Source: a virus
Taxonomy: Duplodnaviria; Caudoviricetes
Virus record (IMG/VR): IMGVR_UViG_3300020045_003679
Location: 1-35,658 of that record
Length of the DNA: 35,658 bases
Reading direction: 5' to 3' (one strand)
Each line of letters opens with the position of its first letter. Position 1 is the first letter of the stretch. The translations under genes and the position numbers were made by a program. The notes under the pieces are model-generated. The model worked only from the letters and a program-made list of their open reading frames with translations. It searched no databases and was not told the DNA's origin. Of the stretch, positions 1-7,954 are shown in pieces.

Positions 1-8
1 TCCGCTAC

Positions 9-359
9 ATGGGTGATGACCACCAGTCTGGATACTGGCGCAGTGTCGAGAATGTGTCTTGGGCTGAGACAACGTATGCCCTGCCTAATCACACAGATGA
101 GAACGCCTATCAAGTCAGGCCGCTGTATGACGAAGCTGCACTCGAAGCTGCCCGGCAGGAGGGTTACACAAATGGTAAGGAAATCCCAATGAAATATAGA
201 CGTATGGCATTTAACGCCGCGCTACAAGATAAAGTTGAACAGTTAGAAGGCAAGCTCAAGCTGGCGACGGATGCGCTGGAGGGTATGCGGTGTGGATCAC
301 CAGAAGATGTATATCATACTTGCAAAGCAGCCCTCGCAGCAATCAAGGAGGAAGTGTGA
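9..359 (+). CDS. hypothetical phage protein (possibly 5'-truncated by the window edge)
   Basis: 116-aa ORF whose stop overlaps the next ATG (TGATG). Confidence 0.6.
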   Translation: MGDDHQSGYWRSVENVSWAETTYALPNHTDENAYQVRPLYDEAALEAARQEGYTNGKEIPMKYRRMAFNAALQDKVEQLEGKLKLATDALEGMRCGSPEDVYHTCKAALAAIKEEV

Positions 360-505
360 TGAACCACCTACTAGAACTAATCCTCCATTTCCTCTCAGGC
401 CAATGGCTAACATTGCAAATGCCTTGGAAGGATCTTACAATCGTCCCTGTGCCTGAACAAGCAGAGGCAGAAGTGTTCTACACAACAATCATGAAGGAGA
501 ATTGA
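359..505 (+). CDS. hypothetical protein
   Basis: ATG coupled to the upstream stop, AAGGAGG SD; begins MNHLLELIL. Confidence 0.55.
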   Translation: MNHLLELILHFLSGQWLTLQMPWKDLTIVPVPEQAEAEVFYTTIMKEN

Positions 506-506
506 A

Positions 507-713
507 ATGAGTCCTGAGAATATTTACCAAGCAGAAACTATCATCTTGGCTTATGTACAGGCGGAGTATGTGAAGTATTCCTCTCTCGTGCAGGCAGAGC
601 GCAATAAGCCTCGTAAGAGCTTCTCCTACAGCGATAACCTGAAGCGAATGGGGGAGTTGCAAGTGGTACTGAATGAGTTGAACGCCGGGTTGGTGCAAAA
701 GAGCTTCTCCTAG
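507..713 (+). CDS. hypothetical protein
   Basis: 68-aa ORF with AAGGAG SD, tightly packed. Confidence 0.6.
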   Translation: MSPENIYQAETIILAYVQAEYVKYSSLVQAERNKPRKSFSYSDNLKRMGELQVVLNELNAGLVQKSFS

Positions 714-839
714 TTCCACAAAGGCTCAGGAAGCTTATTAAAGCCTCGCTAGAAGCTGTTTATTTAGGTAGGCAGCTATGCCCCTAGCTTGGAGGAGTTA
801 GAGGGGCTTAAATCGCTTATAAATTGTTAGGAGGGATAA

Positions 840-1016
840 ATGATTAAACATATAAAGCTTGAAGATGGTGCCACACTGAGGCTGGCGACACGTTTTAATG
901 GTGGCCCCGATGTCTGGAAGTTGCACCGAGGAAACTCTGAGATGCGAGTGCTAGATATTTTTGAGCAAGAGTTTATCTTTGCAACTATTCGTGCAATGTC
1001 AGAACAGGTAAAATAG
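840..1016 (+). CDS. hypothetical protein (58 aa, MIKHIKLEDG...)
   Basis: Read directly from the sequence; AGGAGGG SD; below the ORF-track length cutoff. Confidence 0.6.
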   Translation: MIKHIKLEDGATLRLATRFNGGPDVWKLHRGNSEMRVLDIFEQEFIFATIRAMSEQVK

Positions 1017-1017
1017 C

Positions 1018-1293
1018 TTGCAACCCCTCAAAGAGAAAATCAAGCAGCGTAGGGCACAGATGCTTGTGCATTCTTTCTTGTATTACAAGATGGATAGTCC
1101 TGTTATTTCAGACGCACAATGGCAACATTGGGCGGATGAGCTTACAGGGCTTCAGAAAGAGTTCTCCGGGAAGGTTGATTTCTATGATAGAGTGTTCTGC
1201 GATTGGGATGGAAGTACAGGGTGTCATCTGCCGGGAGATCCTTGGGTGGAGACGAAGGCTAGGTATGTTTTAAGTTTATGTGAAAGGGGCTAA
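1018..1293 (+). CDS. stand-alone NAD+-dependent DNA ligase domain Ia-like protein
   Basis: HSFLYYKMDSPVISDAQWQHWADEL matches the LigA Ia motif (H..lYY..D.P.ISDaeYD.L..EL). No adenylation domain follows. Confidence 0.75.
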   Translation: MQPLKEKIKQRRAQMLVHSFLYYKMDSPVISDAQWQHWADELTGLQKEFSGKVDFYDRVFCDWDGSTGCHLPGDPWVETKARYVLSLCERG

Positions 1294-1294
1294 C

Positions 1295-1642
1295 ATGTGG
1301 AAATGGATTAAGCAATTCTTTGTTTGGGAGAACAGCCTTTTTGGGTCTATAATGCGCCCTGTAAAGCTCCCGTGTGCGGAGGAACTTCTTCCAAAGATGC
1401 CTCCTCTCCAAAAGGAAGACCTTGCCGGGGTGATTTTCTTTGGTAGAGAGGCGACGAGGCGTGAAAATAAGCCACTAGGAGATACTGCATTTCAGGTTAT
1501 CGCTGAGCTGGAGCAGAGGATTGAGGCTTTGCAGTGGCAGAATGAGTTGCTGATTAAGTTTGTTGAGGTGCTCTTGAGCGAGAAGCCCCGTTACAATACT
1601 CTGCCAGAGATGAAGAAGATTCTTGAGGAGTTGCAGAAATGA
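1295..1642 (+). CDS. hypothetical protein
   Basis: ORF beginning MWKWIKQFF with a coiled-coil-like C-terminus; coupled to the next gene. Confidence 0.6.
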   Translation: MWKWIKQFFVWENSLFGSIMRPVKLPCAEELLPKMPPLQKEDLAGVIFFGREATRRENKPLGDTAFQVIAELEQRIEALQWQNELLIKFVEVLLSEKPRYNTLPEMKKILEELQK

Positions 1643-1824
1643 GCATTAACAGCGGATGCGTTTTAGTGTGCGAGAGCTGTGGCAAGGAGTTGCTACAGGA
1701 GGACGGGAAGCAGCTTGGGGCTAGGCGCACTGACGATGTTTTACAAGAGGCACGCTCTCAGGAGTGGGTTGCAAAGCGAGAAGGCTTTGAGGTGTATTGT
1801 AAATGTGAGGGGTGTAAAGGATGA
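1639..1824 (+). CDS. small zinc-ribbon-like protein
   Basis: CESCG ... YCKCEGC; ATGA overlap. Confidence 0.6.
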   Translation: MSINSGCVLVCESCGKELLQEDGKQLGARRTDDVLQEARSQEWVAKREGFEVYCKCEGCKG

Positions 1825-1976
1825 AGGCAAGTATCTTACTGACTACCTTCTCGCTAGTTATGGCATTCGTCCTTTTAGGCGGGGATTGGGACTGGGATCG
1901 AAGTAAGCATTGCTTCAAGGGCAATGGCTTGATGGCGTATAAGTGCACTAAGGGCGTTGATGGATGTAAGTGCTAG
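1821..1976 (+). CDS. small membrane/secreted Cys-rich protein (51 aa)
   Basis: MKASILLTTFSLVMAFVLLGG hydrophobic N-terminus; ATGA overlap. Confidence 0.45.
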   Translation: MKASILLTTFSLVMAFVLLGGDWDWDRSKHCFKGNGLMAYKCTKGVDGCKC

Positions 1977-2131
1977 TGTAAAGATTTACGCACGCCAATT
2001 CTCGTCACCATAGGCGAATTTGTGCTACATCATTTGTACACGGGGCTTTGCAGGGTGCCCCGTTCCTAAATCCATGTATATATACATTCAAGGGCAGCTT
2101 TAAGGGATTTATAAAGAATTAAGGAGAAAGA

Positions 2132-3346
2132 GTGAGACAATTAAAAGAGATGGATGAGATGGAGACAGTGGTTAAAGGAGGGAATGTCATCTCTCTTCTT
2201 AGCCCTGTCTCTGTCATACGTGTACGAAAGGGACAACGATGGGAAGCCATCAACCTACTTCTTATAGAAGAGTTTGGTACACAATACACAAAAGAAATTA
2301 GTATGCTAATGGGCCTTGTAGCTACAGCCCTTCGTTACGGCAGGAAAGGAAGTCAAGTATCTCTTGCCAATGACGCTTACACTGCTGCCAATAAGCTCAC
2401 ACATCAGGGATTGTCCCGTAAGAAGACTTCAGCACTCTTGGAACTAATGGATGAAGCAGGATATATTGAGATGTATGTTGGCTACTATGATCCTGAAAGA
2501 GAGTGTGGTGTTCCTTCCTTCTTCTTGATTACACAGAAGCTTCTCACTCTGTGGGAAGGTGTAGACATTAGCACAGCACCGAAGAAAGAAGAGCCGGATA
2601 TTATCGTCCGAGATAGTCTTACAAAAGAAAGTCTTTCTACCCGTCCTTTTCGGGGAATCACAATGTTACGGGCTGATCTGAATGCCTACAACAAACTGAT
2701 AGCTAGTGCTACAGTGTCTGTAGGAGGAGAAGTGCTGTGTGCTGAGTATAAACGTATCTTCCATGATAGCCTTGAAGGAGGTGGTAGATATTACACAACA
2801 AACGGAGTGCAGACAATGCCTAAAGGGAATAGGCAGGAGATTAAGATTAACGGGTATAGCACTGTAGAGCTTGACTTCTCGGCAATGCACCCAAGACTTC
2901 TGTATAGCCTAGAGCATGTGCAACTACATCCAGACTTCTGCCCGTACAAGATACAAGGAGTCAGCAGGGAGGAAGCAAAACTATCCATCCTGTTCCTACT
3001 TTACAGCAAGAGCCGAGAAGCTGCCAGAAGTCTTCTAGTGCATGAGAAGATATGTCCAAGCCTGCAACAAGCAGAGGAGGTTATCAGGGCTGTAGAGAAG
3101 CACAATAAAGCTCTGTCTAAATACTTCTGTAAGGAAGCTCTATGGAAGGCTCTCCAGCACCTTGATAGCAACATTGCGTCTTTCGTGCTAACCTCCTTAA
3201 CAAAGAAGGGGATTGTAGCTCTGCCTTGGCATGACAGCTTTGTTGTGGAAGAGCACAACGAGCCTATCCTCAGAGGGCTTATGTTTGAGGGGTGGAAACG
3301 AGAGGCAGGATATACAATGAATTGTGTGGTGACAAGAAAGCCTTGA
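2132..3346 (+). CDS. minimal family-A / T7-RNAP-superfamily polymerase-like protein (TV-Pol-like)
   Basis: GGRYY, motif A VELDFSAMHPRLL, motif B REEAKLSILFLLY, motif C LPWHDSF; AAGGAG SD before GTG; no exonuclease domain. Confidence 0.7.
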   Translation: MRQLKEMDEMETVVKGGNVISLLSPVSVIRVRKGQRWEAINLLLIEEFGTQYTKEISMLMGLVATALRYGRKGSQVSLANDAYTAANKLTHQGLSRKKTSALLELMDEAGYIEMYVGYYDPERECGVPSFFLITQKLLTLWEGVDISTAPKKEEPDIIVRDSLTKESLSTRPFRGITMLRADLNAYNKLIASATVSVGGEVLCAEYKRIFHDSLEGGGRYYTTNGVQTMPKGNRQEIKINGYSTVELDFSAMHPRLLYSLEHVQLHPDFCPYKIQGVSREEAKLSILFLLYSKSREAARSLLVHEKICPSLQQAEEVIRAVEKHNKALSKYFCKEALWKALQHLDSNIASFVLTSLTKKGIVALPWHDSFVVEEHNEPILRGLMFEGWKREAGYTMNCVVTRKP

Positions 3347-3371
3347 CAGCCTGCACAAGACAATGTAGAAT
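3343..3371 (+). promoter_or_regulatory. sigma70 promoter
   Basis: TTGACA-17-TAGAAT. Confidence 0.8.
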
Positions 3372-3400
3372 GGATGTATCGAATAACCAAGGAGAGAAGA

Positions 3401-3590
3401 ATGATTAGTACAGATGCAAAAGAACTGTGGTTGTGCACTTGTGGAATGCAATTTCTCCAGCACCTTGACTGCTCTTTTGAGGAGGCTTGGAAACTCGCAG
3501 AGACAGCGCTGGGGGGGGGGGCTTGATGGGGACTTAACAGAAGATCCTATAGAGGCAGCTAATGAAGAGCTTTCTTGTTGGGGAGATTGA
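3401..3590 (+). pseudogene. small gene frameshifted at a G11 tract (or a homopolymer sequencing error)
   Basis: As given, it stops at 3526 just after G11 (3511-3521). With G10 it continues LDGDLTEDPIEAANEELSCWGD* to 3590, abutting the next ATG. Confidence 0.6.
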
Positions 3591-3593
3591 CGC

Positions 3594-3761
3594 ATGCAGC
3601 CTATGGGAAGGAAGCCAAGTAGGTTTCCGAGTAAGACGGATCACCATATCCTTAAGACAAAGAACTGGTGGGAAGATGATATGTGTTCTGAGAACAAGGT
3701 TGCAGAGAGGACTACTTGGAAGCAGGAAGTTAATCAGGAATTGCTAGAGGAGGACGAATAA
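3594..3761 (+). CDS. hypothetical protein (55 aa, MQPMGRKPSRFP...)
   Basis: GGAG SD; stop overlaps the next ATG (TAATG). Confidence 0.6.
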   Translation: MQPMGRKPSRFPSKTDHHILKTKNWWEDDMCSENKVAERTTWKQEVNQELLEEDE

Positions 3762-3964
3762 TGCAACTACGCTGGCTAATTGAGAAAGCCCCTGCTGTTA
3801 CAGCAGGGCAAGTGAGAATGTACAGAGATAGCCATTGCTGCACAATGATGGAAGCTAAGAAGGCTTTGCTAGGCAAGCAGAAGGCTCCTGTGTTGCAGTA
3901 CTTGTGTTGGGACGAGTGGAAAGATGTTCCTATTGAATATGTGGAAGGGGAGAAGGATGTTTGA
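3761..3964 (+). CDS. small protein with an EF-Ts N-terminal-domain-like segment
   Basis: VTAGQVRMYRDSHCCTMMEAKKAL versus E. coli EF-Ts [31 protein letters not shown] SD. Confidence 0.55.
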   Translation: MQLRWLIEKAPAVTAGQVRMYRDSHCCTMMEAKKALLGKQKAPVLQYLCWDEWKDVPIEYVEGEKDV

Positions 3965-4208
3965 TTGGCTATTCGGAAGCAAAGAAGCGGATGTACAAAA
4001 GGAAGCGCGTGTAATGTTGTTTGCGGGAGATGAGTTCCCTGAAGATCACATTCCTGTACTAGACGGGCCAGCCTGCGTCAAGAAGCTCGCAGAGTATGGC
4101 GTAGTTGTAGACGGGAGCCTGTATCGTCCTGTTGCTGCACTCAATCTTGTTGTGGAGGCATTTCGTAGGATTGATGCACTAGAAAAGATGTTGGAGGATA
4201 AACAATGA
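3957..4208 (+). CDS. hypothetical protein
   Basis: Begins MFDWLFGSK; overlaps its neighbours. Confidence 0.6.
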   Translation: MFDWLFGSKEADVQKEARVMLFAGDEFPEDHIPVLDGPACVKKLAEYGVVVDGSLYRPVAALNLVVEAFRRIDALEKMLEDKQ

Positions 4209-4396
4209 CAGAACAAACATGGACATTAAACATGGGGCAGCTTCCTACGACATTGTGTGAGACATCTTTGATTGACGTACAATACAAGAGTGGCCGTACA
4301 TTCTATAGCGTTGTAGCGGCCTGTTGGAATAGCCCTGTGTATTGGCCTCTTACGGGAGAGGGAGACGATATTGTTGCTTGGCGGGGTGTGAAATGA
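4205..4396 (+). CDS. hypothetical protein (ending W...DDIVAWR)
   Basis: ATGA coupling; resembles the C-terminal domain of 12218-13015. Confidence 0.65.
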   Translation: MTEQTWTLNMGQLPTTLCETSLIDVQYKSGRTFYSVVAACWNSPVYWPLTGEGDDIVAWRGVK

Positions 4397-4560
4397 ATAG
4401 CGTTTGGATTGTTACATTTGATTACCCAGATGAGGAAGGGACTGCTATTGTTGGAGTATGCTCGTCTGAGGAAGTGGCACAGGCGCTTGCTGAACAGCAG
4501 CCTTATGGCTCGCGTGGAGAGTATATCGTAGAGGAGTATGAAGTACGTGAAGCACATTAA
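4393..4560 (+). CDS. hypothetical protein
   Basis: MNSVWIVTFD...IVGVCSSEEVA, a common small phage protein pattern; ATGA coupling. Confidence 0.65.
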   Translation: MNSVWIVTFDYPDEEGTAIVGVCSSEEVAQALAEQQPYGSRGEYIVEEYEVREAH

Positions 4561-4693
4561 ACAGCAGGACGACAAAGAGCCTCTCCCGTTGAAGCCTTCG
4601 AGAGCTTACAAGCACCTTCCGAGGAATTCTGTGGAGAGGGATAGGAAGAAGCAGAGTCGTAGGGAACATAAATGGGAAGGAGAGGAAGAATGA
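4538..4693 (+). CDS. hypothetical basic protein (51 aa)
   Basis: GAGGAG SD; begins MKYVKHIKQQ; stop overlaps the next ATG. Confidence 0.45.
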   Translation: MKYVKHIKQQDDKEPLPLKPSRAYKHLPRNSVERDRKKQSRREHKWEGEEE

Positions 4694-5013
4694 ACACACG
4701 ACATAAGCATTACAACATGATTGTAGCTTGGGCAGAGGGGAAGGAAGTACAGTGGAAGCCCGCAGGGATTGATGGGGCTTACGATGAATGGGCTGATGTC
4801 CCTAGCACAAGTGTGTTTGATGAATACAACGTCTTTCGGATTAAGCCTGAGCAAGAGAAGACTGTTGGGTTCAAGCGGTATATCCGAAAGGATGGTGATG
4901 GATACTTCATGTGCTCCTTCTGCGAGGGAGACACGTGTCCAGAAAGATTTTCAGATTTCCATAAGTGGGTTGATTCTGAATGGCAGTATTACACGATTAC
5001 GGGGGAAGGATGA
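4690..5013 (+). CDS. hypothetical phage protein
   Basis: Begins MNTRHKHYNMIVAWAEGKEVQWK; coupled to neighbours. Confidence 0.7.
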   Translation: MNTRHKHYNMIVAWAEGKEVQWKPAGIDGAYDEWADVPSTSVFDEYNVFRIKPEQEKTVGFKRYIRKDGDGYFMCSFCEGDTCPERFSDFHKWVDSEWQYYTITGEG

Positions 5014-5231
5014 CAGACGAACGAACGCAACATCTTGTAGTCCTTGCAATGGTGAGAGCCTTTGCAGAGTTAAATGAAATACGTGCTCGGGATGGAGTTC
5101 CACGAGGCTCTTCTGTGGATGAGGATTACTTCTCCTCTGTTGTAGATAGCTTGGACGAGGCTGTGAGGTCTCTTACAGGGAAGTGTGCTCATTGCCATCC
5201 TGTGTTGTACGATAATGGAGATCAAGAATGA
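5010..5231 (+). CDS. hypothetical protein
   Basis: MTDERTQH...IRARDGVP; ATGA coupling. Confidence 0.6.
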   Translation: MTDERTQHLVVLAMVRAFAELNEIRARDGVPRGSSVDEDYFSSVVDSLDEAVRSLTGKCAHCHPVLYDNGDQE

Positions 5232-5395
5232 AATCAATCAAAGAAGAACGTGAGAGCCTTGAGGCAATGGCTGCTGAAATTGCTAAGAGGTTGGAAGTGT
5301 TGCAGGTGTTGTGCTTGCATACGGAGAAGGGTAGGACAGAGCATGGCAAGTGGTATTGTTTTGAGTGTGGGAAGTATTGGGAGGAAGATCAATGA
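5228..5395 (+). CDS. small zinc-finger-like protein (55 aa)
   Basis: CLH...WYCFECGK; GGAG SD; ATGA coupling at both ends. Confidence 0.55.
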   Translation: MKSIKEERESLEAMAAEIAKRLEVLQVLCLHTEKGRTEHGKWYCFECGKYWEEDQ

Positions 5396-5583
5396 GCAAA
5401 CTATCAGAGTGGGCCTTGAAGGCTACAGATCGAGAACTAGAAGATGCTGACTGGGCTATTGTTGCTCATGCACTAGGGAAGGCACAGGAGTATCTCCAAA
5501 CTGATGGAGTACGTCACTCTTGGCTGGATGCTTATAGAGGCGTAGCAGAGCACAGGGCTAAATTGAATAAGGAGAAGGTATGA
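5392..5583 (+). CDS. hypothetical protein
   Basis: Begins MSKLSEWALK; GGAGG SD. Confidence 0.6.
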   Translation: MSKLSEWALKATDRELEDADWAIVAHALGKAQEYLQTDGVRHSWLDAYRGVAEHRAKLNKEKV

Positions 5584-5771
5584 AAATAGTTTGTGTGTGC
5601 TGTGGAAAGCAAGATGTATCGTATTCTGTATCTCGATATGATAAGTACGTTACCACCCTTACTGGGGCTAGGACAGCTTTCAATCAAGGCGAGTGCTATT
5701 GTGGATACTGTGCCGAAGACATGGATGAGAACGGGCTGTTCCCAGAGGAGAGGGCACAGTGCGGTTTGTGA
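5580..5771 (+). CDS. small Cys-rich protein
   Basis: CVCCG...CYCGYC; last gene before the terminator. Confidence 0.6.
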   Translation: MKIVCVCCGKQDVSYSVSRYDKYVTTLTGARTAFNQGECYCGYCAEDMDENGLFPEERAQCGL

Positions 5772-5795
5772 GTAGCAATGAGTGGTGTAGGTAAA

Positions 5796-5829
5796 GGAGC
5801 CTTCTTAACGGGAGGCTCCCTTTTCTTTT
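5796..5829 (+). terminator. intrinsic terminator
   Basis: GGAGCCTTC-loop-GGAGGCTCC followed by CTTTTCTTTT. Confidence 0.8.
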
Positions 5830-6019
5830 GTCCAGAGATATTTTATTCTAAAATATTTTTAGTGCCAACATAGTGACAAATCCTGTGAGGTATGGTATGG
5901 GATAATATCATAGGAGGAGATGCTATTTGTAGTAGGCTAGGAGGGCGTAGGAGAGGAGATTGTAAGGTAGGGGCCAGGGTGGTGGCTTGGATAGGGTAAA
6001 ACTCAGTAGAGGGGCTGTA

Positions 6020-6586
6020 TTAGGCTGCAATAGCTTGTTGGTATTCTTCCTCTGTTATCTCGAAGATACGCCAACCTTTACACTTATATCCCCTGCACTT
6101 TGCAGTAGAGACTTGTGGCGTGCCTGTACCTATGTATTTTGCAGCTTCGATACCACTCATAAATACTCGCTCTTCGTTGGACTCTTCATTTACAGCCCTG
6201 ATACATTTTCTTATCTTAGAGAGCGCCCCTCTAATTTTATCCCTGCCCCTCTTAGTTCCTCCGTTGGAGCAACGCTCGTCCATGTTTTGACGCTTAGTAA
6301 TGAAGCGGCAATTGTCCAATGTGTAACCACCTGTATCGCCAATACGCCCTAGTTGCATACTTGTGGCAGACTTGCCAATCCTGCTATAGTCGTAAATGTT
6401 AGCAGCAAGAGCGAGATTAACGTAGTCGTAGAAAGAGAGTGAGCATTCCTTGTTCGTCTGTTCGCAATGACAAACTAGCGCATGCCACTTCGCTACCCAA
6501 TATTTCAAGTCTTCTACAGGGATACCTACCTTTGTGAAATACTCTCTGCGCTCCTCGTTAAGTGTGATGAACCAAGCCTTAGCCAT
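6020..6586 (-). CDS. HNH-like homing endonuclease with NUMOD1-like DNA-binding C-terminus
   Basis: MQLGRIGDTGGYTLDNCRFITKRQN; C-terminal VFMSGIEAAKYIG...KCKGWRI. Confidence 0.7.
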   Translation of the reverse strand: MAKAWFITLNEERREYFTKVGIPVEDLKYWVAKWHALVCHCEQTNKECSLSFYDYVNLALAANIYDYSRIGKSATSMQLGRIGDTGGYTLDNCRFITKRQNMDERCSNGGTKRGRDKIRGALSKIRKCIRAVNEESNEERVFMSGIEAAKYIGTGTPQVSTAKCRGYKCKGWRIFEITEEEYQQAIAA

Positions 6587-6611
6587 AATAATCTCCCAGA
6601 ATTAAAATTCC

Positions 6612-6640
6612 ATTATAACATACTAATTAAGGAATGTAAA
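6612..6640 (-). promoter_or_regulatory. sigma70 promoter
   Basis: TTTACA-17-TATAAT with TG extension. Confidence 0.75.
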
Positions 6641-7098
6641 GATGTATTTGCAGAATATCTGTTGAAAATGGAAAGTAGCTTATTCGTTGCTTATCCATCG
6701 AGGATACCGGATGCCCCAGACTGGCACCCCGTCAAAATATCTGTACATCATACATAGGCACCCACCCTAGACCGTTACCTAGCATCATTCTTGATAAGAA
6801 ACATTGATGATAAACTTAAGAGCTAATCTTAGAGCGTTGTCCCTTGTCTCTACCTTTACCCCCAACCCTGCCCAATAATAAAGACAATACAAATAAAGCT
6901 GAATATGTAAAATTACTGAATACTATCATCTAAGGCTATACCTATAGGCAAGGCTATCTAATCATTAGCATACAGGCTACAGCGTGTAGCTATTCGCTAG
7001 GGCTAACCCTGTCAGGGCTGCATAGGATATGTACAGACAGGCATTCCACTAGGACTAAGGGCGCTAGTATTAGCTGCTAGATGTAACGCCTACCTGTT

Positions 7099-7114
7099 AG
7101 TTAAACGTTTAACT
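7099..7114. repeat. perfect 16-bp palindrome
   Basis: AGTTAAACGTTTAACT. Confidence 0.85.
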
Positions 7115-7121
7115 GTTACTA

Positions 7122-7137
7122 TGTTTCACGTGGAACA
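7122..7137. promoter_or_regulatory. parS site (chromosomal ParB-type)
   Basis: TGTTTCACGTGGAACA, the reverse complement of TGTTCCACGTGAAACA, matches the parS consensus TGTTNCACGTGAAACA and lies in non-coding DNA. Confidence 0.8.
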
Positions 7138-7507
7138 ATTGACTAGTATGGTAGTATGGCAGGGCTATAGGGTAAGGAAGATTGTGTGTAGAACGTGGTC
7201 TATCTCTTCATCTCATTCTGCTAAACATACCCTTTCCAGTTATCCCCTATACATCCTGACACATTGCTATACACACATACACGCTATCCCTTGCCCTGCC
7301 TAGGTATGCCCCTAGCAGGTAACATCTGCGTGTGCATACCACACGCTCTAAAGCATCATATTGCTATGCAATATGCCTTGATATAGTCCCACATATAAGC
7401 CCTTCTGACCCTTCCTGTATAGCCCTGCTACAGGTATGCCTGCACATGTAATAAGCCCTTACAGGGCCAGCATACAGGCTTATTGTTAGCATATTGTAGA
7501 CGTGACA

Positions 7508-7527
7508 AGGCCGGCATTAGCCGGCCT
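7508..7527 (-). terminator. hairpin terminator closing the early cassette
   Basis: AGGCCGGC-ATTA-GCCGGCCT just downstream of the last - strand gene; the U tract is weak. Confidence 0.6.
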
Positions 7528-7548
7528 GTTTCCTTGCTTGATATTGCT

Positions 7549-7737
7549 TTACCGTGTTACGTTCAATCGAGCCATAAGCGCCAGATTAGCTTCTGTAAAA
7601 TCCTCTTCAATGCAACGCATCTCTTTAAAGCCTTTCCCGTAAGAGCCTGTTTGATAGTAGTAATATTGCCCCTCGTTGCCTGTATAAGCCCAGCCTACAG
7701 GGGCGATAGCGATTAGGGCTTTCTTGTCTTTGGTCAT
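7549..7737 (-). CDS. hypothetical early-region protein
   Basis: 62 aa, AAGGA SD, coupled. Confidence 0.6.
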   Translation of the reverse strand: MTKDKKALIAIAPVGWAYTGNEGQYYYYQTGSYGKGFKEMRCIEEDFTEANLALMARLNVTR

Positions 7738-7943
7738 TTGCGTGTATTCCTTTTGATTGTCTCTTGCACCTCGTTCAATTCAGCTTGCCAGAATTTAGGG
7801 GTAGCGTGGTAGAAGTGACAAATCATACACGAGTTTAGCTCTCCCTGAAACCAGTTAGGAACAAGATAGTAAAAGTAGCCCTTACCCTTCACTAACTCGA
7901 AGCCTTCCGGCAAATGGCTGTTAAATTCCTTGATATTCTTCAT
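7734..7943 (-). CDS. hypothetical early-region protein
   Basis: Begins MKNIKEFNSH; GAGG SD. Confidence 0.6.
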   Translation of the reverse strand: MKNIKEFNSHLPEGFELVKGKGYFYYLVPNWFQGELNSCMICHFYHATPKFWQAELNEVQETIKRNTRK

Positions 7944-7954
7944 GGCCTCACCCC

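Noticed and set aside
720-830. Intergenic element with TAGAGGGGCT, shared with ~6007
   Set aside because: Only a 10-bp match and a weak inverted repeat; not enough to call a repeat family by eye.
2074-2087. ATGTATATATACAT as a LexA box
   Set aside because: It lacks the CTG/CAG ends and the 16-bp spacing; kept only as a palindrome.
6721-6740. CTGGCAC as a second sigma54 site
   Set aside because: No TTGC -12 element at the required spacing.
6867-6874. KOPS-like GGGCAGGG (- strand)
   Set aside because: A single 8-mer is expected by chance, and the same word also occurs in coding DNA.
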